A DNA stretch of 64,000 nucleotides from Phoronis australis (taxonomy: Eukaryota > Animalia > Phoronida): NCBI GenBank assembly GCA_002633005.1, contig NMRA01000754.1, forward strand, positions 62,001-126,000, read 5' to 3'. How positions within the stretch are numbered: the stretch's first letter is position 1; each line of letters begins with the position of its first letter. Below, one piece after another: positions 1 through 13,004 of this stretch. The notes below the pieces were generated by a model. That model was not told the origin of the DNA, ran no database searches, and saw only the letters and a program-made list of their open reading frames with translations. The translations under genes were made by a program, and so were the position numbers.

Positions 1-36
1 TTACATTGTTTTCTTTATCCTGTTTCCACTTTGTAG

Positions 37-1902
37 GAAAAGTATGACGATTTGCTCAAGGAAGAGCGAGAGAAGTGCGAGAAAGCTATCGAGGCAGCGA
101 TTAAGGAAGAACAAGCTAAGAGTGCGGTAAAAACATCTGATACTTAGCAAAATTTGACCACAAGCTCAATCAAGCTTTATAGTGCAGTGTTGCCTTATTT
201 GGTATTGAAGTCCTAGCTTGTGTTTCCTTGTTCCTAGACTCAGGTGTATTGTAACAAGGACATCTGTTGCGTGTTTAATTATGTATAGAACTTTGGGTGG
301 GGTAGGCTCGTGAAGCTTGGTCAAATGTGATTATTATTACATGACCACTGATATTTCTCTTCTCTAATTAGCTGAAACCTGGTACGACAACTTCCAATAA
401 TTGTCAAGATAAAACAAGAATGTTCATAGATTCTGGCCATGGTGATTCATGCTATTGTTTTCTTTGCAGGACTTGTTGAGACAAGCAGTTGAAGATGAGA
501 GGAAGAGATGTGGAGAGAATCTGAAGACTACTTCAGATAGGCTGAAAGTGGATCTGGAAGAATATATTGATGGAAGGAAACAGGTATACTTGACTTGCAG
601 TAGGAAACAAGCCGATCACTTGTTTTCAAGAAAAATAGCCGAAATTTTGAAGCAGTATGTGCTCATTTTCAACTGATTTAGTAAAAAAAGTTAGTTTGCG
701 ACTGATTTTCTTCTGAGCTTTTGCCTCAGCTTAACAAGGGCAGGCATCAATCATCACCTTTTTATAAACCACTGTAGATATGAGTTCATTAATGCGAGTT
801 GGTAAACAATGTCCAATGGATAATTAAGTTTATGTAGCTCTTTATTCACAAGTCTGCATATTCAGTCAAGCATCTACAAAACTGTAAACTTTAACACTGT
901 TTGTTTTCTGAAGGTAGAAATCCTGTAGAAATTCATTTTTATGTGTACCAATCTGAAGTTGTTAGATCACATACGTGACCCTGTCATTTCAATTATTTTA
1001 AGTTTACCTAAAGAAAGGCACGTTCTCAGCTTCAAGACAACGTTGTCAATAACACAGCCAAGAAATCTCAAAAACGTTGTTACGTTTCAAGAAATCAATC
1101 TTAGTGTCCTAGCTTGATAGTGGTTGCAGATTCAGCTGAGTGGAATTGCATGTGTGAAACAAACTGAATTACAAATATAACAGTTTTGTGTGGCGTGCCG
1201 GGTTATGCAGACCCATCTCTTCAGAAGTGGCAGGCTGAAATTGTGAGAGCTGTTCGATTCTGCAATTAATCATGACCATTGAAAACACTGTTGACCTTAA
1301 GTAGTTGATGCAAGAATTAAATTCAACGTCTCTTTGGCATAAGCATGATTTTTTCAACGCCTCTCAATTGTTTATTTAATATATTTTCAAGAAAATGTCT
1401 TTGGACCTTTTGCTTTTGGTCAATTCTCCTTTGGGAAGATTTTTTTTTGTAAAATCTAATAATTACCTAACGTGAAATCGTCACCATCACACAGTGGAGT
1501 TTTTAAATGACTCCCAGCAAAGGTCATCTTCATGAAATATTGGTGAAGGAAAAAATGTTGCCTACTCATTCCATCTTGTTCAACGAAATTCAAAATTGAA
1601 CCAAGCTAAAGTCGCTGCTTTTGTTCTCACTGTACTTTAACAAGTCCTCTGTCTGAGATACTTTCTGTTGGAAACTAGGCGACATTAGCTACATAATGGA
1701 CTCATTGTCTCTGCGACTTGTGCTAGTGTCAGCAATCACTTGCTTTCATGTATTTATTTTGCCTATTGCTTTCTAGGCTGATGTTGCAGTTCGTCAAAGA
1801 TCACTCACCGCCCTGGATTTATTCTTGGACAGTGCCAGACAACAAATCCAGCTGCTTATGAATGACAATCCATCAGGGAATGATTCAAAGCTAGATGTTT
1901 AG
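37..1902 (+). CDS. CCDC91: Coiled-coil domain-containing protein 91 (GGA-binding p56), last three coding exons; gene begins before the window
   Basis: Phase-0 exons 37-126 (EKYDDLLKEEREKCEKAIEAAIKEEQAKSA), 470-583 (DLLRQAVEDERKR...EEYIDGRKQ) and 1777-1902 (ADVAVRQRSLTALDLFLDSARQQIQLLMND...LDV*), all with AG/GT boundaries. The terminal RQRSLxxLxLFLxxAxxQ matches my recollection of the CCDC91 C-terminus. Confidence 0.8.
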
Positions 1903-4319
1903 TTTTTCTCTGTGCAATTGTAAAAAGTCTCATGTATTTTCTTCAATTTTGTGAAGAAAGAAATATTTCCAACAGAATGGTAAAAAGTGGTAGCAGCACC
2001 GTTTTTACCCATTCTGCCTTTTGCTCCGCCACTTTCTCTATTTTTGAGCTATTGTGCCGTCTTTAACTAATGAGGAGTTATGTCAATTCCTATCAGTGTT
2101 ATCAACCAATTAAAATTGTGTTTTTTTAAAGCCATTGCCATTCACCGGAATTTTCTGTAGATAAACCCATGGGCCTGTATTCGGAAAATGAAAATTTTCA
2201 GACTTTTTAGTAACACCAAATAAACGCCAGGTAGTTATTCGGAAAAAGGGGACGTGTAAACGGAAAGCCACAGGTCTGGCTATAGGTCACGACCTTGGCT
2301 TAATGACCCGCAGGTCAGACCAAGTATTTATTAACAAAATGGTAGCCATCTATTATTGGGGTGCTGAAGATCATAAAAGTGGATAGTGTGCTTGTAGCAA
2401 ACAATTGCAGTTCATGACCTCGGCTTAATGACGTGCAAGTCAGACCAAGTATTTATTCCTGAAATAGTAGTCATCCATTATTGGGGTGCTGATGGTCACT
2501 ATTGGTGTATTTTGGCAGCAATTTTGCACGAAGAGACCTTTTGTTTGTCACAGCGTTCCGTTGACACTTAATAACTACAGAATTTTAAAATCACATTCCA
2601 CTTGTGATTTTAAAATGTTGTTATTAAGTGTAACGGGAACGCTGTGTTTAACAAAACATGTAGCCTGTCTTGAGCTAGGTGGAGAGTGTTTTTTAAAGCT
2701 TTGCTTCGTCTGCTTGATTTCACATAAAAGCTGTTGACTTAATTTTGTTCTAAAATGATTAATCACGTGCAGATCATTGCACGTGAACCGTGTACTAATA
2801 AATGGGTTGGAATTTACAATAGGCTTTTTTTTAATGTAATTTTGTTTGACATTACACACTTACCCACCTTTACGTGTGTGAGAGGAGAAACATTGACCAT
2901 TATCTATGTTGTTCTTACTATAAAATTTCATCATTGTGCAGCCTGTCGTATTGACTTTGAGGAAAGGATTATTGGATTATTTATTTTTTGTGGAGAAAAT
3001 TTGTTTGATTTTCCCAGTGGGACATTTTTTTCATAATCCCGATTCCAAAAATGATGTCACTGTTTCATATGGCCAGTTTAATTGTCCAACAGGAAAGACA
3101 TGTAGCTTTACTATTTTTGTTCTTAGTTTTCTAAATTTAGCAAATACACAATATTCAGGGGGTATTTTACTTTCACATCGAAAACTATCTTAAAGAAAAA
3201 TCTTGGAAATGACTTCAAATTCATTTTAGTTTATATTTCAAGCTGATTTTTTTTAAAATCGATCCATGCGTGGCTGACAAATTATTGGCATACAGCTACT
3301 CTTCAAGCTATTAATAAATTTCAGCGTATCCCGAGTTAAAACCAACATGGCTACATGACGGAGCTTCTTTGCGTAGCGGTGGTGGGCTGATTGCCTTATT
3401 TATGGTTTAAGCTAAAAGGTTGCCCTGACTTTTTTTGAGTCGGCTACCTTCAAGTGTGCGGATCAGCAGTATAAGGTAAAGAACTTGCGAATATGGAATC
3501 AAAGTGCAAACTTTGCAATTTTCGAGTACAACACCTCATTTGAAATGAGCTTTTCTGTGACTAATAAATGAGCTTGGAGAAAAGACTAAATTAAATAATA
3601 AGGTATTACCCAAACAGTATATCACAGTGACAAATTCGTTAAAGAGCTCCCGCCATACATTTTATTAGTTTTTGAGATTTCTGTTAGCTAATATGAAACG
3701 AATACCATAAAATCTAGTACTAAATCAGCACTTTTTATGCCAAATAATCGTGAATTTTTAATTTTGAAGAAAAGTTGGTTATTTCTAAATTTCCTACCAA
3801 ATGGTGCAATGGGTGGAAGACTGTTGGCCACTTGACAATCAGTTGGTATGTCGGAACAGCAGGTCAGAAGACGAGGACGATTTTGAGCGAGAGCTGGACA
3901 ATTATTATGGAGACAGAGAGGAGAGTGGATACGGGCATCACACTTTTAAGTAAAAGTACTTGAAGAATCGGACAATGAACTCGATTTCCCCTAGCGATCT
4001 TTCGTGGGCTTTGAGGCCGTATGAACTCGACTCCGGCGCAAGAGAAATGTTGCAGACACATGTGAGCCATAACCAACTGAACTAAGGGCTGGTCAATATT
4101 CACAAAATAGACTTAAAAATCACTGACAAAGGCCTCAGTAAACCTGGGTTACTCATATTCACTATTTCTATGAAGGAATGAGCACAACCTAAATACACAA
4201 TGCATTAGACTTTATGTGTAGTAGTACTCGATCTGGGCCGAGGTCGAGGGCCTGGCTGGCATCACTCGCCTTCGAATGGAAGCAGTTGGTTCCTTATACA
4301 ATTTACAAAATTAATGCAC

Positions 4320-4570
4320 TTACAAGGTGGCGTGTCCTTCATCAGAACACCGCTTTTGTGTGTGTTCGAAACACGATTCTTTGAAATGTACCTAACAAAG
4401 TGTGGCTCCCGACTGAAACGCATGCTCCACACTGACATCCCACCCTCGTGCGGCGCACAAACCGATGCCATTTCTGTGCAACTTTCACGTAGGCCTATTT
4501 GGGAAATTTGAACACAGAGACGTTCTCAGTCAAGTTGATACCACAGCCTCCACAAACGCACCTTTCCGTA
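4320..4570 (-). pseudogene. Degenerate THAP-domain remnant, probably from a DNA transposon
   Basis: Minus strand reads RCVCGGCGINLTENVSVFKFPK*AYVKVAQKWHRFVRRTR, then after a frameshift LC*VHFKESCFE. This is the THAP pattern CxxxxC...FP...W...CxxHF broken by stops and a frameshift. Confidence 0.6.
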
Positions 4571-4741
4571 GGAGGCTCTACGCGGACTTTCCTCACGACT
4601 CACAATCGCACTGGTAAAAACAATAACGCCGAGACGGTCTTCCACGCATTACGTACAAACCCGATAACAGAAAAATATATTTTTTGAAGTTTTGGCTAGT
4701 TTCTTAGCAGGTGTACTAAAGGTTATTAAAAATTCCGTTTG

Positions 4742-4821
4742 CATGGGCGACGCACCATAGGGGGCTGGGGGAACTTTGAATAGCCCCCCGCCTTACTTTT
4801 TTCAGTGCTGCGCCGCCCATG
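4742..4821. mobile_element. 80-bp mini-MITE remnant
   Basis: Terminal inverted repeats CATGGGCGACGCA / TGCGCCGCCCATG (one mismatch) around an internal GGGGGCT...AGCCCCC. Confidence 0.45.
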
Positions 4822-6677
4822 TTTTTGAGACACAGAGTCATGGTGGGAACTCTTTAATTGGCCTAGCGTATGTAAGTCTTTTTAACAAGCTTATATACTT
4901 GAAAAACTCATTTTAATTGAGGTGATTTTTATCGCAAGAGAGTATTAAATTAACAAGTAAAGGAGATGATACAAAATTTTGAAATAGTAAAAATGTCAGA
5001 ATAATACCATCCGTTAGTGTTTGCTTTAGCTTTCGAGCTTATTTTACGACGCTAGTGCCTGATGACACGAAACAGTCCCAAACAGTAAGATCGAGCTTCA
5101 CTATGATACCTAAAATTACAGCGCGTTAATTTTGTGGTTTGTGCAACAGCTGGTTAACATCACTAAATCTTACTGTCAAGTCAATTTCTATGTATGATAC
5201 ATGTCGAACGTTCGTAAAAACTCTACAATCAACCTTTTGATGTCAAAGCACATAGTGATCTTTTCATCGAATGCCACTTATTCTAAGTTAAGGACTAAGT
5301 CAGTTTGTTTTCCGTCCTAATAGAAAATGTGCTACAAAAAGGTGATCACAATTCAGAAGTCATAGAAGTATAACAAAAGTGAGTAGATATCGACCGCAAA
5401 TGTGCAGATTTATTGAACGTAGTGGAACTCCTATTTACATGGAACCGGCATCTGGTCTTTGATTAGCAGTGGTGACGTATGTATGCCAGGTCAATTACAT
5501 AGCATTCTCAACTTCATTACCACTGATGTTTTTGCCAAAGTATCCATCGATTTCTGTTCGACGTTATCGTATAATTCCGCCATATATCGTAGATATACAA
5601 ATAACTCACCAGTACGTTTATGAAATACGAACATAATTATATTAAATGTGCAATAAATACAAACTCTTATTACTGCCGATTAGCCTCATATTAATATGCT
5701 ATTATAGTCGTCACTGGGAATTTAGCAGACCCTCATGTCACAAAGTGATCCAGCCGGTTCGGGCTTGCAAACACATGCGTGCCAACAGCGAAAGGGGTGG
5801 GAGAGAAATTGTATACCTAGACCGTCTGTACTTAGCGGCGTATCGTGCATTGTTGGTATGTCTCTTAATTTTATTCCAAGCGTACAAGCTGGATGGCTGG
5901 AGCTGTGGCTGAACAGGAGAAGACTCCATTATAATGGAACTGCTCAACAGATTTACTTTTTAAAAGGATACCAAAATAATTATCTGCAATCCTCCACAGC
6001 CTTCAAAAGTTTGGAGGAGGATTCGAAAACTCCTTTCAAAGTCTGCTAAACGGGCTAGAGTGACTTACGCTTTTAGCAAAGTACAGGGCATCTGTTTGGA
6101 AAAACCCACCCAACAACCAATCTATGACATAGGGAGCATGAATTTTTAGTTAATTCCGGCTTCTATCTTTCAATATTGACGCCAATGATGCAATAGCGGG
6201 TGACAGAACGAGGAACTGGTTAAAATCGTCAAAACAGGGCTTAGTATACAATTAAGTAAAAAGTAAAGTATACTGAATAATATCTAATGGAATAGTAACC
6301 TGCCTTGCACTTTTTGAGGTCAGACTCTGCAGGTTGGCTTGTCAGGGCGTATCATTTTAAGGATCGAGCATTGTCTCAACCAATATTATGTGAACTGTCA
6401 GCTCTTTGCAAGCTCAGGAATTATTTCTTATGATGATTCGAGTCGGGAACAAGTTGGTTGCAATTTTATAGCGGTAAGTGCTCTAACTAAAATTAGCTTC
6501 ATGAAAGGGACGCGGGTTTGCAGCCGCTTCCACTGAGAAACTCGTTTGTTCAACGATGCCCCCCTTTGATCCACTAGAAACCCAGAAGAATGCAGAAAAA
6601 CGGTAATGACATTTCTTCAGGATCCAGAAAAGACTGTCAGTGTTCTGTAGACGATTAAATGCGGAGGTGTCATTTAA

Positions 6678-8852
6678 TTATTTCATCAGCGTCTGCAGTG
6701 TCTTCTCGGCTGATTCTAGTAACTTCTTATAATGCTCAACGTCCTGAAGAACACCATTTTCTTCACAGTAATTCAAAGCAAAAGAACAGCGTGTGGCCGC
6801 GACCATGTGGCGAAACAGTTCTCGAGCTGGCGCGTCTTGTTCACCCAGGAATGCTGTCGACATATGATCCCTGTTCACATTAATTGTGACACAGTCAAGG
6901 ATGTGGCATGTCCTCCCAAGTACCAGTTGTCCTTTATGCAAGCGGAGGGCTTGACAGAAAGACCCGCGCAGTATGACCTCTGCCTCATGCGGATAGTCGG
7001 AAAGCGCGTGAATGTCAACTGCGCAAATTGTGCTGACGACGCTGGATGGGTAAGTCTTCCTATAGTAATCCAAATATTCAGGCTTTACCTCTATGACGTC
7101 AATCCTCATAATGACTGGAATTTTGTCGTCACTGCACTTTTCGATGAAGTCGACAGCCACATTTATGTCCGACGTTGCGGACCAAAGACCAAGAGGGACC
7201 GCGATGTATCTGTCCGGCACAGGGCGTTCGAGAAGGGACGTGAATGCTTTGAAATCTTCAGAAGTTAATCCCAAGCCTCGGTACACCGTTCCCTGAAAGT
7301 TGTTGTGTTCGGGAAATTTCAAACAGTAATTGAACAAGTCGATGTTGATGAGCTCTACGAGAAACACAGCGTTTCGGATTTTGTCGGCAAACTGCACGGC
7401 ATCGTCCTGCCGAAACACAGCATTGATTATTCCAAAAATACATTTGTAGCCGTCAGCCGACGTATAGAGTCGAACAGCATCGAAATTTTCGTCCAACGTT
7501 TCCGGGTGAAGATCGCCCCACTCCCAAGACCTGAGACCAAGTTTGTCAATCCTTTCGGAAAACTTGTCCCCACCGCCAAATTCCTTCTTGTTTTCTTCTA
7601 TGAACTGTTGCATATCGCGAAAAAACTGCTGGCGATTTTTCCAGTTGTGGCGGATGAAGACAATGTTATCTCTTATGGCATTCATACGCTCGTTAACTTG
7701 GTCACCCTTGTAAAAAGGTCGTAGTTCGTTTATGTTCTTACTTTTGCACATCTCTTCCACAGCGTTGGGATTAATATACCTCAGGGCTCGATCATCTGAA
7801 AGAGGAACATTTTGTCAAAACATTTCGAGTGTATTCAAATTATCCCTAAAAATGTCTGAAACCACGTTAGCCTTACTAATCTGTAAAAAGTAATCCAATA
7901 TAGGCCGAGTGTTGGCGACCCAGTTAGCAGTCAGGCGTGTGCTTGTGCACAGCTTCCAAAATTGACCGTTTACGGTTAGAGATTTGCGGGATATCTCAGC
8001 GCAATGGATTGAAGAATACATGGCCACAGCCAACAGCTGATGCCCGCTCAAGGAAACACCCACCCGCCGAACAACTTCGTTTCTAATGGAATTTCAAGAA
8101 TATGTGACAGTGAACGGCTGGAAACTTGGGAAGTAAAAACTCGGCTGTGGCTGAGGGGAAACAAAAAAAGGTCCGCTTGTCATAATGGTCACCGGATACC
8201 CTCGAAAATAAGCAGTCAGCAAAATGGCCTCTTGCGTTCAGACTGCTGTAAATTTTTGTTCACTTAACGTTGGTTATTGAGCTCACGACAGTACCTCTTC
8301 GGTCGCGGCCTTCTTGGCAAATACAACTAGATCTACGGGTTTGATGGTTACCACATTTTTACACATCGGCGAGGAAACACAACTATAGACACGAACATAA
8401 AAACTTATAAAATTTCAATAACTTGCAAGGAAACTTCTTCAGAAAATGCACCTGACATATTCCAGTGGTCATCAACTTTTTAAAAGTTGGCATGCAATTC
8501 TCAGTGTCCACCAATTACGTGAAAACTGAAGCAACGGCATAAATTTTTGTAACGAAAGCAAGATGCTGGCACAATTCCGAGTCAAACATTGGAAATGACA
8601 ATGTGTCTACCTTTCGCTTGGTCTTCCCACATTCAAGCCTAATTGACAAGGATTATAAACAATCTTGATGCGTGTTCGCGGACAAGAAAATATTTACACG
8701 GGTACTAATAAAATGTCACCTTGTTGAGATGTAAGCTCGTCTGCTCTCATTTCAGTAGGACAGCGTTCTTCCTGTCGAGAGTCATCACCTGCAGCGCGAC
8801 TCACGCTCGAGCTATCAGAATTGGTTTCAGTCGCTCGAAATGTTCTGTACAT
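6678..8852 (-). CDS. ARTC-like (R-S-ExE) NAD+-dependent mono-ADP-ribosyltransferase-domain protein, 416 aa, no signal peptide
   Basis: Coding exons 8852-8720 (ATG preceded by an in-frame TGA; MYRTFRATET...ELTSQQ; phase-1 donor GTGAC) and 7795-6678 (acceptor TTCCTCTTTCAG, phase-compatible), total 1251 nt. Motifs: AVRLYTS..Y...IN..FR helix, TVYRG (Arg codon 7278-7280), WSATS (~7170-7184), SDYPHEAEVIL (ExE ~6975-6986). A further non-coding exon is implied by the acceptor at 8868-8869. Confidence 0.75.
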
Positions 8853-9549
8853 GATGGAATCTCAGTCCTGCAAAGGCAGAAATTCATACACAATCTTTAG
8901 TTCAAGCGTATATCCCTAGGTTTAACCACCTTAAAACTGGGAACGAGTGAGAAGTTGACGTGACGTTCGGATACTAAACGTCCTGTAACAACGACCTGAC
9001 GAAATTCAGGATCCTGGCTTTAAGAAATCCAAGGCTCGCCACTCCGACGTTCCAAAAAAGTATATCGCCCCTCACTCATGCTAGTCATTGAATAAGGTAT
9101 TGCAAGACCCCGTGACATTTGACTCTGGTGGGATCCTGACATTAAATGCGGATATTTTAAGTAGCCTATAATACAGGGAATAAAACAACTCAATCGCACA
9201 GCATCAACCTTGACATCAATACAAATTGAATGAGTTAGAAATTCATCACTAAATCTGCAGAGAGAGTGCAATCGTGTTATAATGATACCTGCGCATTGTT
9301 TTGAATAGTAACAAAAGATTCTGTGATCTGATAGGTTCTAAAAATATACAGTTATATTAATTGGTCGACCTATAATACTTTGAAAGTTATTTAAGACATT
9401 CGATCCTTTACTATCAAGCTCACGTCAAAAACGTCTCGGAGCTCACTTAAAACGTTTATCGAACGATTGATGTTGCATCGCACACACCTCATGTACTCCT
9501 ACACGAAGGCACAATCACGCGGCCACACGTTGTTGCGAAAAGAAAGTAA

Positions 9550-9602
9550 ACGATGGAACCCAGTATCTTGATATAAATTCTCAAGATACTGGGTTCCATC
9601 GT
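9550..9602. repeat. Perfect 22-bp inverted repeat with a 9-nt loop
   Basis: ACGATGGAACCCAGTATCTTGA-tataaattc-TCAAGATACTGGGTTCCATCGT. Confidence 0.9.
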
Positions 9603-10144
9603 ACCTTGTCGTTATATAAATAATGTCCATAAGTTGTAACACCTATGCATTTTATTAAATTTTACTACGTTACATAGTACAGTGTACATTTAATTTAGTT
9701 TCCATGACAATTCCTTCTGTAATTGCGCTCTTATGTATGCAACCTTATATTCGTGTTTAATGTCATTGTTCTTGTTTCATGTATCTTACACCATAGCGTT
9801 TATGATTTTTAAATTTATTTGCCTTTGATGACTGATGTATAGTCGAAGTACCGCTACTGTTTTATTATGATATGTTTTGTACTAAGTTTTATTATATATT
9901 TACTCATATGTGTTCGTGATGCCACTTACACTGCGCGATCTATTATATCCGATGAAAGACACTTGTGTAGACACTAAGTTTGTTGTACAAACTAATTAAA
10001 GCAAAGAACAGCTTACTTTTCAATGCAACATGTATATGTTTATGTATATGTATATATTCTAAAATGTCATCCTAGTCACAGAGAGGCCACTTGCTAGCTA
10101 TATTAACACTAGTAAACAGCGGCCTAGTTCAGTACGGTAGCTAG

Positions 10145-10864
10145 TCGGGATCATACCAACTGAATCTCAGTGGGATCACTAAAATCAATATAGGCCGCGG
10201 CCCCAGTTGTTGCGGTCTCACGAAAGATTTTGTTGTGACGGAAGCCAGACGAAATAAAACTGAACCTCGAAGAATGAACAACGGTGTTTTAATCCACCGT
10301 GTGGGCACCGCAATGTGGACAATTGATTTTAAGAACAGGCTTTTGTGGTCATTGTCGGATCGAGGCGGTCGGTATTCAAGGTCACTGCAGATATGACCTC
10401 TTTCTCATTCTTCCCCTTCTATGCACTTCACACTCTAACTGAAGTCGAGTCAGTATTCCGAAGTGTTTCTCCGATTCAATACTCTTGAATACACTATGAG
10501 CTAAAGACCGACGGAGTTCATAGGACTGAGTGGGAGTCACTTTGGGTCTTTCAAATGCGAGTCCGGAGCTCAAACCACTGAGCCACACTGTCTCCGCTTT
10601 GCTCAATACATAGTAAGGCTCATTGAATATACCCCAGTGAGACTACAGACTACAGACAGCTATACTTCCGGGTTTCTGAGTTCCGATCGTGACGCTTTTC
10701 GCTATCAAATACCAGTAAAATGCGACTACGGGGACGCAAATGACTTAGAAGATCACGGGCTCGTCATGGTCTCTCAATTCACTGTAACCTCAGCGAACCT
10801 AGGCTTTGCGTGGGGAAGGGCGCGCTCCGAGGCTTCGTCATGTACTACGGACGGCCTAATCTAA
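10145..10864 (+). pseudogene. Possible decayed coding sequence of unknown family
   Basis: One frame of about 240 codons with only three internal stops, in a GC/CpG-richer block. No family motif recognised. Confidence 0.25.
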
Positions 10865-12103
10865 TAACAAATATACAAGTAGTAAGCCTAGTGCCTGTTT
10901 AGCGCCGGGTACATAGTGATCAAACCGCCAACGCTCTCCACAGCTAATCTATTTCGTCAAACGTAAGCACACCCAAGGCAGGGGTTATGCTCCGACTACA
11001 CTAAATGCTACAATGAGTTCTTCGTGAACAAAGCGAAAGCGGACTTACTTGTACGGTTACCTTGTTGTGTTTACGGTTTCGCTTTGCATTTCAGCGCCCT
11101 CTAACGAGAGATGTGTCATCTCGGGACTGGACCCAGACATATTTCGAAGACACGAACAATCCGCGTGTTCCCCCTACACGGCACCAAGCTCCAACCAGCC
11201 CCGGCGATGACGGTTTTCACTCATTTGAAGCCGACGCTGATAACCGGCGCCCAGGCAGGCCGGCGTAGCCCAGAGCACTGAAACTCGTTTATACTGCGAC
11301 ATAAAGTGGTGAACGTGTTTTACTGGGAAATTGTCTTGGTCCGATTTTCTGTCGGTCACTGAGGAAACTTAAGTTGCGAAACCGATCGAACTTGTCAGCC
11401 AGGCAGCCGGGACATGATACTTGAAATAAGACATGACCCACCAACGCCTTATATTTATTTTCCAGTAATATAGATTAGGCCTGTTATAAAAAATATCGCA
11501 GTGTGTGCCCGAAATTACTGGCGCTCACATATTTTTTTCGAGAAAAAATGCTACTTTTGGCCACGTAAATCAGAGAATATGAGTATTAGTTCCAGAGCGT
11601 CGGGAAAATAACAATTATAAACTCGATATAACTTTCCAAACAAACAAGTGGACTTTAAAGGCCCTGAGCCGAGCTAGATGGGTATGGGAGGCAATTGTCC
11701 TGGCTAGTTCAAGAATTATTATGATATTTTAGGCTGCAATATTGTCGTAACTTGAATTTATTTTGTAGATGAGCCAGAAATAAGTGCTCAGTGAAATAAA
11801 AAGTCGATCTTATTCAGTTTTCACGCATAAACTAGGCTACTGTTTGGCGCCGAAAATACTGACCCCAAAATTGTATAGAAAATAACTAAGACTCAACTGC
11901 AAAGCAGGCTTGTGGACCCAGTTCGGATATTTTCCTAATAAAGTCCCACGAGTGTACAATTGCATGGGGGCATACTTGTGGAAATTCCCGAAATCGTAGT
12001 ACACCTACAATGTATTCACACATATACTTTATACAAATACAATCAAACTTCGTGAGCACTTGCTCTGAAGCCATAGCTGTAAGTTCTTCTCAAGCGTACA
12101 AAT

Positions 12104-12246
12104 CAGCAGCGGATTCAGAGGCCAAGGTGCTGGCTATGTCCCCTCCAAAACTCTCCTAGATTCCAGTTCGAATGTCTGACGGGCAAAATCCCGGCTAATA
12201 CTCTGCCTTGCCTTCCCCCCAACTAAGAATCCTGGGTCCGCCTCTG
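12104..12246. mobile_element. Diverged MITE of the CAGTGGCGGATC...GATCCGCCACTG family
   Basis: Ends CAGCAGCGGATTCAG and CTGGGTCCGCCTCTG resemble the termini at 13249, 21891, 22190, 24193 and 44370. Confidence 0.45.
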
Positions 12247-13004
12247 CAAATCATTTATAGTTTGCATATGGAACAAAGCGACACCCACCGGTAAGTGGCG
12301 TTAAGTCAGAAGGTGGGTTTTGACAAAGTCGCTGGTTTATTTCCTTTAAGTTAACGGAGGAAACAAATGTTGTAAGGTGAACTCGCCCAAATGTCTTAAA
12401 CTTCATGTTTTCGACAAAACGCCAGTCTACCAGGCATGTGATGTTCATACCTTTTAAAATACACAGCTTTACGAATGTGGTCATAACGTAGAATTGTTGA
12501 TTTTTTATTTATTTACTTTTATACAAGTCAGCTACAAACGATCAGAATACCATTTAGACCAAATAAAAAACGATATATAAAATTGACCATACTAAAATGG
12601 CTGATTATTTCAAAAAGGTACGCCCTGTTACATTTCTCTTTGATAAAGTTTAACTCGGTTTTTGAGGAAGCGTCACGGCAATAAAATAAGAACAAATACT
12701 CTTCAATTTCTTTTATTAAAGCAAAACACCCTAAAACACAGTGCACACCACCTACAACGAGTAAAATATCTGTCGCTTAAAGTGCCTATGAATTCGCCTT
12801 CCTTTACAAAAACAAATTTTGATTTAGACCACTTGCCGTTACAAAATTGTCTCAAATTAGTAGCAAAGGTCCTCAGATACAAGCAAAAGTATTTTTTACC
12901 CATTCAGCTTTCGTCCACCATGAGCTGAGGACTTCGTCAGAATGACACGAGCTTCATACGCAAGGCGCATGCGCAGAAAACAACCGATCGTATCAAATTA
13001 TTAC

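Noticed and set aside
5058-5075. CTGATGACACGAAAC resembling a hammerhead ribozyme core
   Set aside because: Only 3 nt between CUGAUGA and GAAA, so stem II cannot form, and I found no convincing flanking stems.
6732-7724. 178-aa and 139-aa plus-strand ORFs
   Set aside because: Antisense shadows of the ART-like coding exon.
7796-8063. In-frame TGA at 7815-7817 linking ORF 7815-8063 to the ART ORF, suggesting selenocysteine or readthrough
   Set aside because: A strong acceptor at 7796-7807 and a phase-matched ATG exon at 8852-8720 place the TGA inside an intron; the upstream ORF starts at GTG and has no recognisable motif.
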